From Nageia nagi (lineage: Eukaryota; Plantae; Pinophyta), in the NCBI GenBank assembly GCA_050084985.1, contig JBITNC010000001.1, positions 63,736,001 to 63,800,000 on the forward strand: DNA of 64,000 nucleotides, given 5' to 3'. The notes under the pieces were generated by a model. The model worked only from the letters and a program-made list of their open reading frames with translations, had not been told where the DNA came from and did no database searches. Position numbers and translations under genes: made by a program. Within the stretch, counting starts at the first letter, position 1. The number at the start of each line of letters is the position of its first letter. Below are positions 52,595 through 64,000 of this stretch, piece after piece.

Positions 52595-55500
52595 GGTCGC
52601 TATAATTTAGCTGCAATTTGTTCGCAAGTTCGCTTCAATTCGACTGTAATTTTTATGTGCCGAGATTTTGACTTTTACTGTTATTTGAGAATCTCTATCT
52701 GGGGGGTTGAATACATGTGTTTATAGTATATGGGGTTTATTTATGCAATTAATTTATTGCTTTCCGTCTGAGATACCTTTGCAAGATATTGGAAAATAAG
52801 ACTATACATAGCACATCTAGCAACTCAATCATTAGAGATCCCAATACATGAATTTTGATGTTGACTTTGTCCTTCCTTCTTACTAAATTCACATGCTAAT
52901 AGCTGTAGAAGGATCCTCTCCATCACTTCCTGATTCATTGTGTCATCTTCCTGACTTTGTCCTTCCTTGTAACCTTGTGTCACTGTAATACTTGAGTTGC
53001 ATTTACCTGCTAATCATTCCAGACCTAATCAACTTTGATTGTGGAATATTATTATTGTAGAGAATATTCTAAACCTTGTAAAAGTAGATGACTCAATAGC
53101 CCCTAAAATATGCTGCTATCAATGATATTTTTTTAACCAAATGCTTTTAAGAACTTATAGCTCGGAAACTAATTACAAACTCGCTAGAAGATATTTTATT
53201 TGCTGAAAGATGCTACAATCAAAATAAAACAGTTAAGGAGCCAACTGAAATGGTTTATTCATGGACAGGGGATGAGTATTTCAATCCACAACCTCCTGTG
53301 TCATGTTTTGTCAACAGCCATGCAGTTTGGCCACTTCTTTTGTATTTTTTTGGTGATTGTCTTACTTTCAAATGGTTAGTACCAATTTCCTTTTTGACTC
53401 TTTCTCATCATTATCTCATGTGATTATTCTCAATTTTAATTGATTATCTGTTTTGGATTCATCCCACCAAATTAGAATATATTGTTATTGTGCATTTAAT
53501 TTTAGCTTGTAGTCTTATTTATTGACCTTTCATCTTTTCTTCTAGTTGGCATTCCATTTCTTGTGAGAGTGTGTACTTTTAACACGGTTGACTTTAGTTA
53601 GTCATGGACATTAACATAAATTGTTTCTTTCTGTGTCCTCAAAGTCTGGCAAAAAAGAGTTGCATGGATTTTAAATTGTAGATAAGTGTCCAATAATGTA
53701 AACACTGGTGTTCTGCAACATGAACTGAGACACAGATTCTATGAAGGCTCTAATGGCAGAAAATATTCTTTAAACAGCATTGAGAATTATTTGATCACTG
53801 TGATTATCATGTTAAGCTCTCTTTGAACAATGACTTCTAATCAGCAATATCTGAACATATCTATGAAAGGATAACATATAATAATGGATTCAAAGTAGAA
53901 GGGCAACTTTGAAGAATAGTGCAAACTACAAACTAAAGAATTATTGGATGGGTGCTACGTTTCAATCAGCTTTTGGTTGAGAGTCTGGCTTTTATATATC
54001 TGCCAATGATTCCATTATCAATTCTATGAAAACAAACCCTCCCTTACCTTCTTTGGCATCTGGTGTGTCTTACTCACCTAATGCCTTTTGAGTCTTAGTA
54101 TCTTCAATCTGTTTCATATGTTATTGCAGAGGTTACAGTAGATTCCCTCAGTCAGAACACATGACCAGGGGTGCTGCATTAAGACATCCTTTTATAATGA
54201 ATTAAGGAAGCTTTTAGTTCGCATGCTTGTATCACAGACGAATAATAGTGTGATGCTCAACTCTTTGACATTGTTGATCGCATATGACAAGTCTTTATGC
54301 CAAGAAAATGGATCTATCTACTCAACTTCGAGTCAACTCTGTCTTTGGTTGACAGTTCTGAAAGAATGCCCGATGTCTAAGTGGGGTGGACCCAAGTAGC
54401 TCTTAGTAATCTATTTCAATTTTGAGTAACTATTCTTCCAAAAGATGGTTTATCATGTTCTTCAAATGTTGAAATTTCCTATTGTTGATATGAATTTTTG
54501 ATAGCCAAACAGTGAATGCACTCAGAGATGGGGCTACAGGCAGTTTTTCTGAAAGACATGCATTCAGTACATTCAATGCTGATTCTATTATTCCACTTAC
54601 TGGAAGGAAGGCCCAAGTCAGTAAATTTGCTATATTTTCAATCTGTTCTAGCATGCAGAAAGAAAGAAAGCAATTTTAGGAGTGTCCGGTTGTGGCTAGC
54701 ACAACACACTCCAAATTTTTAACAAATTTGGGGACCCACAAGTTTTGACGACGGAGCAAACCAAGGTCCATGGTAGGTTAAATTTGGGACCGGAAAAGGA
54801 AAAATTGAAACACATATCCCTTCAAGCGCAGGCTTCCTTGGAGACACCCATCATGTCTAACTCCAAACTTGCACCAGCCTCTCGGGGGCTCTAATGGACA
54901 ATTTCAGGAAACAAGAGAAAATTTTGGCAAAGCCTGGAGCATGTCTTCCATAGGCGCAGGTCCAGACAGAGACAAGCCCCAAGACGCATTGGAGATCTGC
55001 GGCATGCTAAGTATGCATTCCTCCAACGCAAGTCCAGACCAAGACATCAATTTTGACTCCCCAAAGACTTGCGCCAACATTGCAAGAGCTCCAGGAGGCA
55101 ATTTTGGACAACATAGGTCAAATTTGGCTAAGTATAGAACACATCTGCCCCAGGCACAAGTTTGGGTGAAGAAAAACTTCGTGACCTCGCGGAGACTTGT
55201 GCCAAGCCAACACACACCATTCCAGCGCAGGTGCACACCAAGACAAGGAGGATGATCCCTCCTAGACTTGCACTAGGCTTATTTTCTCCTTTAGGGACAC
55301 AAAATCACACTTAAAGGATAAATTCTCCTCCCAGAAGGCTTGCGTTGGACCATACCTCTCCCCCTTTGCAGAAGTGTGAGACTAGACACTAGGTTTGACC
55401 TCCTTTAGGCTTGCGCTAGGTGACTCCTCTCTCCTTGGCACAAGTCAAGCTATAGACAAGCAAGTTGACCCTCAAGAGGCTTGCGCTGGCCCATTAGACA

Positions 55501-56573
55501 CCTACCTTGGTACATGTTCACACCTAGACGCATCATTTGTCCTCCCTTTCACCTGCGCTCACCTCCCCAAGGCTGGATGACCTCAAAGTTAGTACCTAGT
55601 CATCTTGAAAACCGTGCTTAATCTAAAATGCACATATCCCAAAGTGACCCAACCGACTTGATCCTAGAAAATCCTAAGATTGCCTATAAAAGAGAAGCTC
55701 TCCCACATTTCTACATCTCACATTCACCCTCTCTCCATAATTTGCTTGGGCATCCAAGGTGAGCGCAACTTACAAGCCCACGTTTGGAGCCAAACAGCAA
55801 AGCCAAGACCATATACTTGTCAAGTGTTGAGGTAAGTGGTTCTAAGTCATGATGAATTTAATTTTTGAAATATTCTTTGCATAAATATGTCTCTCTAGCG
55901 CAAGCCTTTGAGTGGCCCTAAAAGTGGCCTTCACCCTCCTAAAAATGCTTGTCTTACCCTAGCGCAAGTCACGTTCAAGACAAGAAGCTTGCCCCCTTGC
56001 CACCTGCGCCAAGCCTCCCTGGCCTCCTTGTGTGCTTGCGCTAGCCTTAAAATCATCTAAAATGCCTGCGCAAGCCATTCAAGTGCAAGATCATCATGAG
56101 ACATGGAGGTTGTCTCCTTCCCGAATCCCCACTTGAGCCAACCCTTCTTGATCCTCCACTTATGCTTCTTGCGCAAGATTGTCCCGGAACACGAAATTCT
56201 CTATCTTCTAGACCTACGCCAACCCTACCATGACTTCCTATTTGTCCCAATGCAGGTTGAACTCAAGACAAGAAGCTTGTCTTCCTTAGCCCTTTGTGCC
56301 AGATCCCACTTGTTCTCTAGGATGCTTACGCCAACCATATCACACCCTAAACCCCTGCGCAAGTCATCAAAGCGTAGATCCTCGCCAAGACGTCCAACCT
56401 GATTGCCCCCATGCTTGCATCATGCCTTTCCCCAATTCTATGCCTTATTTTTCCAACATCCAGGTTCACCAAGACATCACCCCATCACAATTGAAGCCGT
56501 GATGTAAGTCCCATCAACCTCATCCCATGCCATATGTTTGACATACTTCGTTGTATTTTGTAGGTACACCACT

Positions 56574-59500
56574 ATGGAGAAAATTCAGTTTAGTACTAAT
56601 AGTTGGGCAAGAAGCTAAAAAAACCTGTTGAGACCAAGTCTCATTGAGTTAGAGAAATCCAAGAAAGAACCATTGCTAGAAGTTCGCATCAAGAATGGCC
56701 TTGCAGATATCAAAGACACAAATTGGTAGCACACTGACGCCATCAAGATGCTAGAAAAGATAGTCACAATCCCATGAGAAGATTTATCTATCGATGTGAT
56801 CTATCATTCCGAGTTATTCAAAGCCCCCGTGATACCTTTTATAGTTTTGTTTCAAAGCTATGTTGCGAGTTGGCTAGGTTGTGCGATTTGGGAGCAAGAA
56901 GTCTCTGTGACAACAAGGATGAAGTTATATGAGATTCACTCTCGAAGGTGTTTAGGATGCATTTGGATGGGAAGGGGATGGCATTGAATGCATTGAAGAA
57001 GACTCCATCACATTTTACGAATCCTTGAAGGAGCAAGGAATCATGACCAGAGAATGCCATCTCCCTGACCGAGAGGGTAATGCACTGCTAAATGCCAAGA
57101 GAATAGACTTCCACCCTATCGTGTCCAAGTTGATCTCTCTGTTGTCTAGGGTGTTAGGCAAAGAAGATGACACTAAGTTCCGGAAAGAGTTCTTCACATT
57201 CATATACTTGATTGGGCGAGGGAAGAAGATCAGATGGGGGTTGACGATAATTGAAGCCTTGAAGAATCAAGTATCGTCATTTGAAACCAGCAAAAAGTTT
57301 TACATGAATTCTTATTTGGTATACTTACTTTTGATCGGTACGAATAGACCCTTAGTGCATGGTGAGGCAAGCTTGATAGGTAAAGAAGGGGTTCCCATAT
57401 GGAGATGCTATTCGAAGTGGTTCATAGGGAGTAGGTATTCCCACTTTTACAAGAAGATGAATGGATGGAGTATGAGATACTTAAAGAGATAAAAGGGGAA
57501 GCACAAGTGAAGAGGATCTCTAACGTAGCCATAGATGACCTCAAGGGACACACTTATTTTTACTTGCACCATTCTAGATACACTTACATCATAGTGTATG
57601 GATCACAATTAGCCCCACACATGCTCCCAAGGCATGTCAGTAACATAATTATCTTGTTGGAGTTTTGCTGTTAGTTGTCGTTTTTGCATGAACATATGTG
57701 GAAGAAGGTTGCCACTATCACCTTGCCTATCACAGTAGGAGAATATACATGTGCTCTCTACGTTGATATAGATACTATTAAGACCGAGCTATCCATATAT
57801 GGATTCTAGAAGCTTTCTGTGGCTGAGAGTTATGATCCAAAAGGTAAGATGGCAACATTTATGGACAAGTACAAGAGGTTCCCATATGAACATAAATGCC
57901 TTTGCCCAAAAGAGAAATTTAGAAATTTGACAAGACTAGAGGACATCAAAAGCATCAATATCCAGGATAGAAAGAGAGGAACCAAAACAAGACATATAGA
58001 GGAAGCAAAGGAGAAAGAAGACAAAAATGACATATATAGGAAGCAAAGGAGAAAGAAGACGAATGACCTGTAGTTGTTCCAATGGGCTCCAAAACAATGG
58101 AGGAATCAACTTCCTCCTTAAGAAAAAGGCAAGTGTACATAGGACAATATGCTACCATGGGGATCTCCAAACGGCCAATGGGAGACATAGCACGAATTGT
58201 TCAATCACAGGTTAAAGATACTCACGAGTTAAACAGGGTTGCTTGATATTAGCTTGGGGGATTGAACTGGGAGGGACTCACAAGAGAAAGAGGTATGAGG
58301 AAAAGTCCACAAGGTGAAAGAATAGAGTTTTCAAAGAGTTCAAGTTCTAGGTATAGTCTTGAGAGCCCTGAAGGGAATGATGAAAACATTGAAGAGCAAG
58401 GTCCCCTTGAAGGAGAAGCCACAAGAGGAAGTCAGGAAAATGTGGTAGAAGAAGAGCAGGCGGTGGGAGACATCGAAATGGAAGATGACTCGATAGAAGT
58501 AGTCCCTCTGCTAGGAAAAGAGACATCCAAGGCCATACCCTCTGAGGCATCTTCATGAAGAGCCCCAAGGAAGACACCCACACCTTAATCTAGAGTTGGT
58601 ATGCCGCATCAAAAGAGGCCTCTTTGCATATTGAGACAGGTATCCCTCTGTTAAGAAAATGATGCAAATGAAGAGGTAGCAAATGAACAACAGAAGAAAT
58701 CAAGACAAGATCCAGGAAAAGAAATAGTTGCAACAACTGGCCCATCTAATGCAAACAAGGTGGTGAAAGAGACTTTTGCTTCTTGAATAAGTATCTTGAA
58801 CACCTGGAGGTTCATAGAATAGAAGATAGTGATGAAGAAAATGAAGTAGTCGAGGAAGGAGAATCCTCGTAGCCTAGAGAATCAAGAACTTTTGCCCATT
58901 TGAAAGGGTCTTCCATTGTGATTAGTAGAATGACCACAGATAAGAAAAGGCCATATGGTGCACAAGATTGGAAAATCCAAACCCAAGAGTTTGAAGTGGG
59001 ACCTATTGGTTTGAAGGACACAAATACAATATGAATACGAGTGCCTTTGCCTTGATACAAGAGGGGGTGAGAAAAGACCAAGATATCCGAAGGTTGAAGG
59101 AGTTGATTACAAAGAACAAATTTTGTAAGGAAATTGAGGCGGCCTATATGCAGTTGGATTATATCAAGAAGCAAGCCTCATTGAACATGGGCTTAACACT
59201 TATGAAAGAAGAGTTAAAGAAAGCCTTCATGGAAGCGGTTAAGGAGTTGGTTGAGAAGATCACGAGTTTTATCCAAGAAGCAAAGATCCAGGTGAAGATT
59301 AAGAAGCTCTTCTAGTTATTTGAGGCATGGAACCCCTATCAAGATGACATAGATGAGGTGTGCTGGAAGTTGTAATACAATTCGGTTTCCCAGGAATACT
59401 GCATCAACTTTGCCTTCTACTTCGACTGGTTGAAAGGAGCCATAGAAAAATGCCACGACTTAGCCAAGAATGTAGCTAAAGAGAAAGAAGAAATCAAGGT

Positions 59501-60085
59501 GCAGATGGCCGAGTTCATATTTGGGGTCATTTTTTTGGATGAATTTGGGGTACCAAGGAGAGAGGATTTGTTATTCAAAGATGACATAGATGAGGTGTGT
59601 TGGAAGTTGTAATACAATTCGGTTTCCCAGGAATACTGCATCAACTTTGCCTTCTACTTCGACTGGTTGAAAGGAGCCATAGAAAAATGCCACGACTTAG
59701 CCAAGAATGTAGCTAAAGAGAAAGAAGAAATCAAGGTGCAAATGGCCGAGTTCATATTTGGGGTCATTTTTCTAGATGAATTTGGGGTACCAAGGAGAGA
59801 GGATTTGTTATTCAAAGAGGCTCAACATATGATGGATAATATGTTTTAACACCCAAGATGTAAATATGTTGAAGGTTGGGCATTCTTTTAAAGAAGAAAA
59901 AGAGCTTTGGTGTGGGAATATCAGATGAAGCAAGGATTTCAAAATAGAGTATCTTGAATCGTAAAGCCTTTGATGTGATCGAGTTGAGCATAGGCAAGAT
60001 GGAGGCGTTTATGGGGGAGAACTTTGAAGAAGACATTGCACTGTTGATGGGACATCATTGAGTCACTCAAGACTTAAAGACTTAG
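56574..60085 (+). pseudogene. Decayed ~1,100-codon ORF in element B, homologous to the ORF in element A
   Basis: KKFYMNSYLVYLLL versus KRFYMNSYLVYLLL; YTYIIVYGS versus FTYIRVYGS; FDWLKGAIEKC versus YDWLNHALEKC. Confidence 0.82.
59341..59818 (+). repeat. 237-bp in-frame tandem duplication
   Basis: Units start at 59341 and 59578 with AAGA microhomology. Four transitions differ between the copies. Confidence 0.95.
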
Positions 60086-61984
60086 TTTTTGTGATTTCTA
60101 GACTTAGATTATTTTGACATCTTGTAGAGGGTGTAACTCTAACTCTCACAAGTGTGAACAAGAATTTTATATTTCAAGATATTTTCAACATATTTTATTG
60201 CCATTTAATTGGCATTTTATTTTATATTGTTTAATATGGACTTAATTAGGTAGTGCCACATGGCATATTTTCAGTGGATCGTTGATTATTAGGGTTGTTT
60301 TTAAATAATTTTATTTTAATTTGCATTAGGGTTAGGGCAATAGTTAGGTTTGCCACCCAAAACAATTTATAGCCTTTTTGGCTCATTTGTAAGGGGTTGG
60401 TCTATTGGACATTCTGCAATTAGAGAGCTTTTGTAATATTTTCAAGAAAACAAGTTTTTTCTAATTGTGAATGTGGTATGATTCTAAGTGTTGTGTAAAT
60501 TCTCATTGCTTGTGACTACAAACATTGTATGAATGATTCTTGCTAATCTTAAGTGAATGAATGAATGTTATTGAATCTTGTGTTGCTTGGATTACTTGGA
60601 GCATTTCATAAATCTTAGCTAAGGTTGATGAAAGATTGCTTGAATAACTTTAGAAGTGATTTGAGTAATACTTAAGTGCAATAGTTTGTGGTTTGCATAT
60701 AAGATTGGTGCATTTTCGAATGGCTTCCCTAAGTTGCTTAGCTTAGGAACTTCACTCTTATGTTGGAGAATTACTCACGTATCACCATTACAATCTTAGC
60801 ATCAGCTTCTCGTTCCCTTTCCTTGACCATTCGTGTTGCTGGCTAGTAGAGTGGATAAGGAGTGCATGAAACCTATACAAGCCCAGGAGAGTTGATGTTC
60901 AAACTCTACACCAGTTGGTGAGATATCATACACCTGAGATGAACTCATATACCCTTGGCCATCCTACTTTTTTTTTTTATTTTTCTTTTGTTTTTTTGGC
61001 AACTTTTGTAACCTCGTGACTAGTAGTAGTCAAGAAAGAACCCTTGCTAAGATATTAGACAATCCGAGTCCTTGATCAAATAAATTCAATTTAATATGGT
61101 GACAGCTTTAAGCATCTCAGCCACTCTCTGAGCCCTGTTCCTGACCACCCACGAGAGAGATACCTTTGAGGTAATCAGTCCTCATAGCGGGGGAGAGTAA
61201 CGCCTCCTCACCTGAAGTGTTGGATTCTATGCTAGCCTTGCCATTCATTTGCCTATTCAAAAGGTAGGAAAGAAAAATGTCCCAACATATCCATTGATGA
61301 CCAAAGTAGGTGAATGGGAGTTGACAAGAAAATACCTGTTTACAAATATTTTACTCTAGAAGCCAAAAAAGGCTCTGAATAAGAAAATTGAACATTAGAA
61401 AGTGAAACAGAACCAAATTGAAAGAATATAAAAGAAATGTCTGAGTAACATGTGATAACTTTAAAGAGATCAATGCACGAGGCATAGTAGGATCTATATG
61501 TTGGAGTGCTGAAGATTAGAGGACACAATATTCTCTCGTCAATTAACCTTAAATAGCTGAAACATGATCAGATGATTCTTGTTAAAGAGTGGCTAGTGTT
61601 GCTTCAGTATTGCAGTTTAAGACCATTATACATTTTGTTTGCATAACGGAGAATAGTTACATTGACATATGCAATTGTTTTTTTAAGACTATACTACTCT
61701 TAACTTTTTATGTTTTGTAGGTTCATTACTTCATACAGGATGCTAAAAGGGAAAATTCAAAATATTGATATCTGGGAAATGGAATAAATTTGGTGAAATG
61801 GTGGTATCACATTTAACCAAGTGCATAGTTTGACTTTTCTTGATGACGTCTATGATTATTATTTTTGTCACAATGAAAATGTTAACCAACAATTTTAAGA
61901 ATGAGAGAACAGCGTTCTTTTAGTTATTTTGTGTTCAACACAATTATTATGCATCTTGTGACTTCTTGTAAAATGTTGAAACAG

Positions 61985-62049
61985 AAATAAAGGAGATGCT
62001 GACTGTTATCTTGCGAGATTTGCAGTTCAGTTCTGCAGTAATTCACCAG
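61985..62049 (+). CDS. ARP9: ARP9 exon 9
   Basis: acag|(E)IKEMLTVILRDLQFSSAVIHQ|gttgat. Phase matches exon 8 across a 19,367-bp intron. Confidence 0.93.
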
Positions 62050-62837
62050 GTTGATATTTAAACTATTGTCCAATTACTATCATTCATTTATTTGGATATT
62101 TCTTTACACTTGTCAGCGTATTATTCCAGATTTCAATACTTCTGTAAAGATAATATATGTATTTTTTTCAATGGAATCGAAAAAGGTTATTGACAGAACA
62201 GTGGAATGTTTTGAATTTGTTCTTTTTGAATTCTCATTCTTTAGTATTTTACAATTTAGTGCCAAGGCTTCTTATGGATGTTACATACTTGAGTGAGAAA
62301 AAACCTAATTTAAAGCAACATTGGTTTACTTAGAAAAGCATTTTAGAGTTTCATTTTATCCTTGCTGCTTCATTTCCATTTACAGAGAGCAAGATTTTCA
62401 TTTCTTTCCAGTACACATCTTAATTAATTTTGGCTCTTCTTCATCTAATTATAGAAGAGGAAGCCTTCAAAAGCGTCATCTGACATTTAATTAAATAATA
62501 CTTTAATAAATAAAATTTCAAAAAGACGTTCTTAAATAAAACATTAATATTCCATATTATATATGAAATTAAATCTATGATCACGAACTGTCTGTCATTC
62601 TTTTATTTTTTAACCATATAATGCTTTTCAAGAAATGATCAAACACTAAATTCTTTTATCCAAGTTACCTAGATCATAAATTTCACAAGTAAAACACAGG
62701 TTTAGATGGGTGTTTTTATTGTTAACGTAGGCAGTAATTGTTTTAAAGATATAAAAGTTGTTTTTGCCACGGATGAGTTGCTATAGTTTTTGTTCATTGG
62801 CCAGAAGTCAGCTTAAAAGAACCTTGCATATGATGAT

Positions 62838-64000
62838 TGTAATGTCCCTATCTTGGACGCCCCATTTTATGATAGGAATTTTAGTTTTTAATTAGATTTT
62901 ATAAAATTTAAATATGGCATGAGAAAATGGACATCCCATTTAGGGGAATAATATAATTTTATTTTATAAAATTAAGTTATGATTTTAGCATGTGTTCTCT
63001 TGGATGACTTAAGTGAAGGCATAATGGAAAATTATAACATTGAGTATAAAAGGAGAAATGAGCTCATTCTCATTCGTTCTTGGATTATTATTTCTCTTCT
63101 ATATTGTGGAGTGAGCTGCTATTCTAGCTAGCTTCCCATTCTCTTTTGCAGATGAAACCCTGTAGGAGATAGAGAATCATAGGATGAAAACCCTGTGATT
63201 CTCAAGGATCTAGGGACGAAAACCTTTGGGTTCTTGGAGAACAAGGACGAAAACCCTTGCTTCCTCTTGAAGTGAATTCATACTATGCTGAATTGGAGTT
63301 TGTGTTTCTTAGGTTTTGAAGGAGAGTATTCAGATTTGAGATCTGCATTGTTGGAGACTAGATCTGCATTGTTGGAGACTATATCTGCATTATTGGAGAC
63401 TAGATCTGCATTGTTAGACACCAGGTCTGTATTGTTGGAAACCAGATTTGTATTATTGGTACAAGATCTATATTATTCAGTCTTATATAGCTATTTTGAG
63501 ATTAGTACACTTCAGATTTTGTATCAGATTGGGACGTCCAACCCTAGGGAGCATTTGGAGGGCGTTTGAAGTATTTCACGCCAGAATTCAGTCTTCACCA
63601 TTGGGACATCCAGTTTTGGTGGGGATATCTGCATAGATCAGGACCTTGAAGGCTAGACCAACATTTTTATCATCAATTATGGGCTATTACTTGGACGGCC
63701 AGAGAGTGAAGGTTTAATTTGTTGATCTGAAAGTGAATTAAAGTATTTTTGGACTTGTACATTCCAGATTTATTGCTTCTGGAGAGACGCCCAGTATATA
63801 GGAGTCCAAATCTGCAATTTAGGGGTTTCTACATCAGATTTGAGTGTTCAACATCAGATTTGTGGCTCATAGATCAGACGTCCACCACCTGGTGATTGTG
63901 ATTTGCACTTGAAGGGTTTTAAAAACAGTTCTAATACATCCTTATTGGGACGTTCATCTTTGGAATTCATTTGAGTGTGATCTGCATCAGTATTTGAGTC
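62838..64000 (+). mobile_element. Gypsy-type LTR running off the window end
   Basis: Starts TGTAATGTCCC (similar to 39366). TATA at ~63045. Recurrent ggacgccc/ggacgtcc motifs. Confidence 0.8.
63340..63450 (+). repeat. 21-bp minisatellite, about 5 copies
   Basis: Unit gatctgcattgttggagacta. Confidence 0.9.

Larger units (their letters stand above)
43638..52659 (-). mobile_element. L1 LINE with both ends intact, ORF2 internally deleted, extra 3' ORF, interrupted by a solo LTR
   Basis: TSD CCGAGATTTT at 43628-43637 and 52660-52669. Poly(A) at the left end. ORF1 from 52594 (GPWLIGRKGMVLKQW). ORF2 start MILLNWNVRSCNG at 51492. zf-RVT region PKISCFAW...EETLVHLLVHC at 45346-45534. Confidence 0.92.
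54688..61287 (+). mobile_element. 6.6-kb LTR-like element B (probable giant gypsy solo LTR) carrying its own ORF
   Basis: Termini gGTTGTGGC...GTCCCAACA. Flanks TGTCC/TATCC (4/5 TSD). TATA at 55685. Many CTTGCGC/GCGCAAG motifs. No gag or pol seen. Confidence 0.75.
24820..62049 (+). other. ARP9: ARP9 gene span (actin-related protein 9, nuclear, ARP8-like INO80 subunit); continues beyond window
   Basis: Spliced product MDYLKQVVPSQLVSDRGSNIVVINPGSENIRIG...GDEALRI...HPIRRGHFN...WDWILTDKL...ETFDNREIKEMLTVILRDLQFSSAVIHQ matches plant ARP9 as recalled. All junctions are GT-AG with consistent phase. Confidence 0.93.

Noticed and set aside
26681-61287. Elements A and B as the two LTRs of one 35-kb retrotransposon
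   Set aside because: Their DNA is not alignable outside coding motifs, each has its own TSD, and ARP9 exons lie between them.
63285-63569. ORF with LLETRSA heptads
   Set aside because: Produced by a 21-bp minisatellite within an LTR.

Overview
Plant nuclear DNA with a gymnosperm/conifer-like architecture (inferred from the TE types and giant introns). Bases 1 to ~24 kb are an intergenic pile of decayed, minus-strand retroelements: Ty1/copia, Ogre/Tat-type Ty3/gypsy and L1 LINEs. From 24,820 to the window end lies the 5' half of an ACTIN-RELATED PROTEIN 9 (ARP9) gene on the + strand. Nine coding exons were found with GT-AG sites and consistent phases, including introns of about 8, 8 and 19.4 kb. 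The introns hold several insertions with readable termini and target-site duplications (TSDs): (i) two distantly related 6.4 and 6.6 kb LTR-like elements with no gag or pol, each carrying a decayed ~1,100-codon gene of the same unnamed family (FYMNSYLVYLLL motif); (ii) a non-autonomous copia whose gag runs into an acidic Cys-rich ORF; (iii) a TSD-bounded L1 LINE that lacks the RT core but has a third ORF; (iv) two further solo LTRs and a 160-bp foldback hairpin. The best candidate for an undescribed system is the pair of giant gene-bearing LTRs, together with the possibly related extra ORF in the LINE. All calls were made by eye; no database search was run.
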